The notes below the pieces were generated by a model, which was not told the DNA's origin, did no database searches, and was given only the letters and a program-made list of their open reading frames with translations. The position numbers and the translations under genes were made by a program. A stretch of 64,000 nt of DNA from the NCBI GenBank assembly GCA_964462525.1, contig CAYWWY010000001.1, forward strand, positions 183,074-247,073, in the 5' to 3' direction. Positions 61,913 to 64,000 of this stretch are shown here, one piece after another. The stretch's first letter is position 1. Each line of letters opens with the position of its first letter. The stretch is from an uncultured Thermotogaceae bacterium (GTDB lineage Bacteria; Thermotogota; Thermotogae; MWEM01).

Positions 61913-61942
61913 GGGTACGCATTTTTCTGGGTGTGAGTTTTT

Positions 61943-62884
61943 TCATGAAGCAAAAGCTAGGATGCATGCGACAAGTTGAATCACCCAAAACCTACCGACC
62001 ACAAGTGTTTCGGGCCATCCCAGCAGTTCAAAATGATGATGGATGGGGCTCATAAGAAAGATCCGTTTCTTTCTGATTTTGTATGAACATACCTGAAGCA
62101 CTACACTAAGTGTCTCCATCCAAAAGACAAACCCGAAGACGAAAAAAAGAAAGGGGCTTTTCGAAGAAAGGGCATAAACACCCAAAATCCCTCCCAAACC
62201 AAGCGCACCAGTATCACCCATAATGATTTTTGCGGGTTTTGTATTGAACCACAAAAAAGCAAGTAGCACGGCCGCGAGAAAGAGTAGGGTAGGATCATGA
62301 ACGTCCTGTAAGGTGAAGAAAACGAACGCAGCAACACAAGTGATTATTGATGCTCCTCCGGCAAGACCATCTAATCCATCTGTTAGGTTGGTTGCGTTGG
62401 AGAAACCCGTAAGGAATAGAAAGAAAAACGGGTAATACAACCATCCCATATCCCAAATCATTCCTCCGGAAAAGGGTATAGAAACTGATGAAGTGGGTTG
62501 CGTTGGATAAAGGATGAATAATACGATCAAACAGGAAAGAAACTGCAAGAATAGTTTGTAACGCGCAGGAAGCCCGCGCGCGTTTTTCCGGTTAATTTTA
62601 AGAAAATCATCCATAAAGCCAATACTACCGAAAAGAAGGCCCCCGTAAAATACTGGAAGATAATAAGGGGTCGGATGCCACAATTGATAGAAAGAATAGG
62701 CTGCAAGGAACAAAGGGAGAAAGATTAGCCCCCCCACTGATGGTGTGCCTTGCTTATAACCATGCATATCGGGTCCTTCTTCCCGAACGTACAAGACCAA
62801 CTGTCTTTTTTTAATGAGAGGAATTGTAATTCTAAAGGCGAGGATCGTGATTGCGAAGAGAACTAGTGTGGTCCACAAGACCAT
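61943..62884 (-). CDS. mraY: Phospho-N-acetylmuramoyl-pentapeptide transferase.
   Basis: GTPSVGGLIFL...DDFLKI...NATNLTDGLDGLA motifs. It follows murF as in dcw clusters. Confidence 0.9.
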   Translation of the reverse strand: MVLWTTLVLFAITILAFRITIPLIKKRQLVLYVREEGPDMHGYKQGTPSVGGLIFLPLFLAAYSFYQLWHPTPYYLPVFYGGLLFGSIGFMDDFLKINRKNARGLPARYKLFLQFLSCLIVLFILYPTQPTSSVSIPFSGGMIWDMGWLYYPFFFLFLTGFSNATNLTDGLDGLAGGASIITCVAAFVFFTLQDVHDPTLLFLAAVLLAFLWFNTKPAKIIMGDTGALGLGGILGVYALSSKSPFLFFVFGFVFWMETLSVVLQVCSYKIRKKRIFLMSPIHHHFELLGWPETLVVGRFWVIQLVACILAFAS

Positions 62885-64000
62885 GGGTTATTGCCTCCAA
62901 TTGAAATTTCCGCGACGCTTTGAAAAAAAATACCGATTCGGTGCACTCAAGGTATTCTTCTGCAATTTTTTGAATTAAGGTATCCATTTGATTTGAAACA
63001 TGAACAGGCGCGCAACGAATCGGCTTTGCCATCAGTAAAGCATCATCATGTCCATGAAAAAGATAGACCGATCTGGGGTTTATGGCATTTACCAGCTCGC
63101 CGATTTTCGTATGGATGGCACCCGATTCCGCTCCTAGTTCGGCAATCGGTCCCAAAATCAGAGAAAAACTTTTAATTTGAGATTCACTTTCCAATTGCTT
63201 CAACAGCAATAACGCATATTTCATCGATTCCCAATTCGAGTTATACATATCTTCAAGAATCCAGTTTTGTAGAAAACGCCGTGTTTCGAACCTCATCTTC
63301 GGTGTCGACCACTCGATCTTATTGAACTCAGCGATTTGTCCTTGCGGATTGGCCGATAACGATAGGCAAAGCGCTGCGGCCATATTATAAGCAAATCCAT
63401 TGTGGAGAAGATAAGGAATCTGAATGGATACGGGGCTATCTATTTCCATAGATTGGAAGGTGAAATCCATTGTTGTAGACCCTTTTTTTGAATCCAACTT
63501 GGTCTCTATCTTTTCTATACGGACTCCATTTACACCCTTGGGAAGAGATTGCCCAAAAAACCATACCGATCGATCTTGGCATCGATCAGATAGTTGGCGA
63601 ACCATCGGATCGTCGTAAAGAAGAATGACTGAACCATTCGGATAGGTGTTTGGAATCAATTCCGCTTTTGCTTCCAATGTTCCTTTGGTTGAACCGGTAT
63701 TCCCCATATGAGCAGTTCCAACATTTAGTAAGACGCTGAACATCGGATGAAACAAATCAGAAAGCAGATTGATATCCCCTAGATGATCCATAGCCATTTC
63801 TAAAAGCGCATATCGATGGTTCGGATTTAACCCATTTAAGATACTTAGAGGCAATCCTGTTTGAGTGTTGCGATTTCCCGGCGAGGCAAAAACTGAGTCT
63901 TCACCATATAGTTTGACAAAAAGGTCTTTTGCCCATTCTTTGGTAGTGGTCTTCCCACATGAACCAGTTATGCCAATAACGATAGGAGCCACTTTTCGCA
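62832..64000 (-). CDS. murF: UDP-MurNAc-tripeptide--D-Ala-D-Ala ligase. Partial: the N-terminus lies beyond the window end.
   Basis: APIVIGITGSCGKTTTKEW (P-loop), ...NVGTAHMG... and C-terminal Mur ligase domains. The protein begins upstream of position 64000. Confidence 0.85.
   Translation of the reverse strand, partial: RKVAPIVIGITGSCGKTTTKEWAKDLFVKLYGEDSVFASPGNRNTQTGLPLSILNGLNPNHRYALLEMAMDHLGDINLLSDLFHPMFSVLLNVGTAHMGNTGSTKGTLEAKAELIPNTYPNGSVILLYDDPMVRQLSDRCQDRSVWFFGQSLPKGVNGVRIEKIETKLDSKKGSTTMDFTFQSMEIDSPVSIQIPYLLHNGFAYNMAAALCLSLSANPQGQIAEFNKIEWSTPKMRFETRRFLQNWILEDMYNSNWESMKYALLLLKQLESESQIKSFSLILGPIAELGAESGAIHTKIGELVNAINPRSVYLFHGHDDALLMAKPIRCAPVHVSNQMDTLIQKIAEEYLECTESVFFFKASRKFQLEAITHGLVDHTSSLRNHDPRL

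Noticed and set aside
61471-61953. 160-aa minus-strand ORF downstream of mraY.
   Set aside because: It is antisense to the better-supported LctP-like fragment. It has no motif content and a low-complexity hydrophilic composition.

Overview
A 64 kb, roughly 45% GC bacterial chromosomal window that is gene-dense and mostly housekeeping. Both ends are truncated genes: a secreted HExxH metalloprotease-like protein running off the left edge and murF running off the right edge.

Recognisable content, in order:
- cspA-type cold-shock gene with a clean terminator.
- ~1000-aa surface lipoprotein combining a Big_2 domain, four or five near-identical InlB-B-type repeats and a C-terminal FGE/sulfatase-modifying-factor domain.
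- Hsp20.
- metF-metH operon; MetH is only 786 aa and lacks the AdoMet reactivation domain. A FepC/BtuD-type ABC ATPase and a protein with a Zc3h12a-like NYN domain are translationally coupled behind it, and a LuxR-type regulator is transcribed divergently.
- ispG, thrS, a kdd-like dehydrogenase, a PpiC/SurA-like isomerase, an O-antigen-ligase-like giant membrane protein, lnt, a DegT aminotransferase, plsX, a class-IV aminotransferase, an MtaB-like methylthiotransferase, a CBS protein and a PfkB kinase.
- An 800-aa FtsA/actin-fold ATPase with C-terminal tandem ThiS/MoaD-like motifs, divergent from a PP-loop ATPase.
- LbH/gamma-CA, an esterase, an NrnA-like DHH phosphoesterase, a YgjP/DUF45 hydrolase, pfkA-pyk, a TolB-like protein and a YitT membrane protein.
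- fabZ-fabH-fabK-fabD, a flavin reductase, a GNAT, rsgA, rpe, an MMPL/RND transporter, ligA, a TldD/PmbA pair and a multi-PAS histidine kinase.
- A CI/LexA-like XRE-S24 repressor with a CTGT-N8-ACAG operator, a frameshifted M32 carboxypeptidase, an AraC/GyrI regulator, an lctP gene remnant and mraY.

No rRNA, tRNA, CRISPR array or transposase was detected. Promoters commonly show a TGGTATAAT extended -10, and TTG/GTG starts are frequent.

The most unusual candidates are (i) the actin-fold ATPase fused to multiple beta-grasp modules next to a PP-loop ATPase, and (ii) the orphan ABC ATPase plus NYN-domain pair fused into the met operon.
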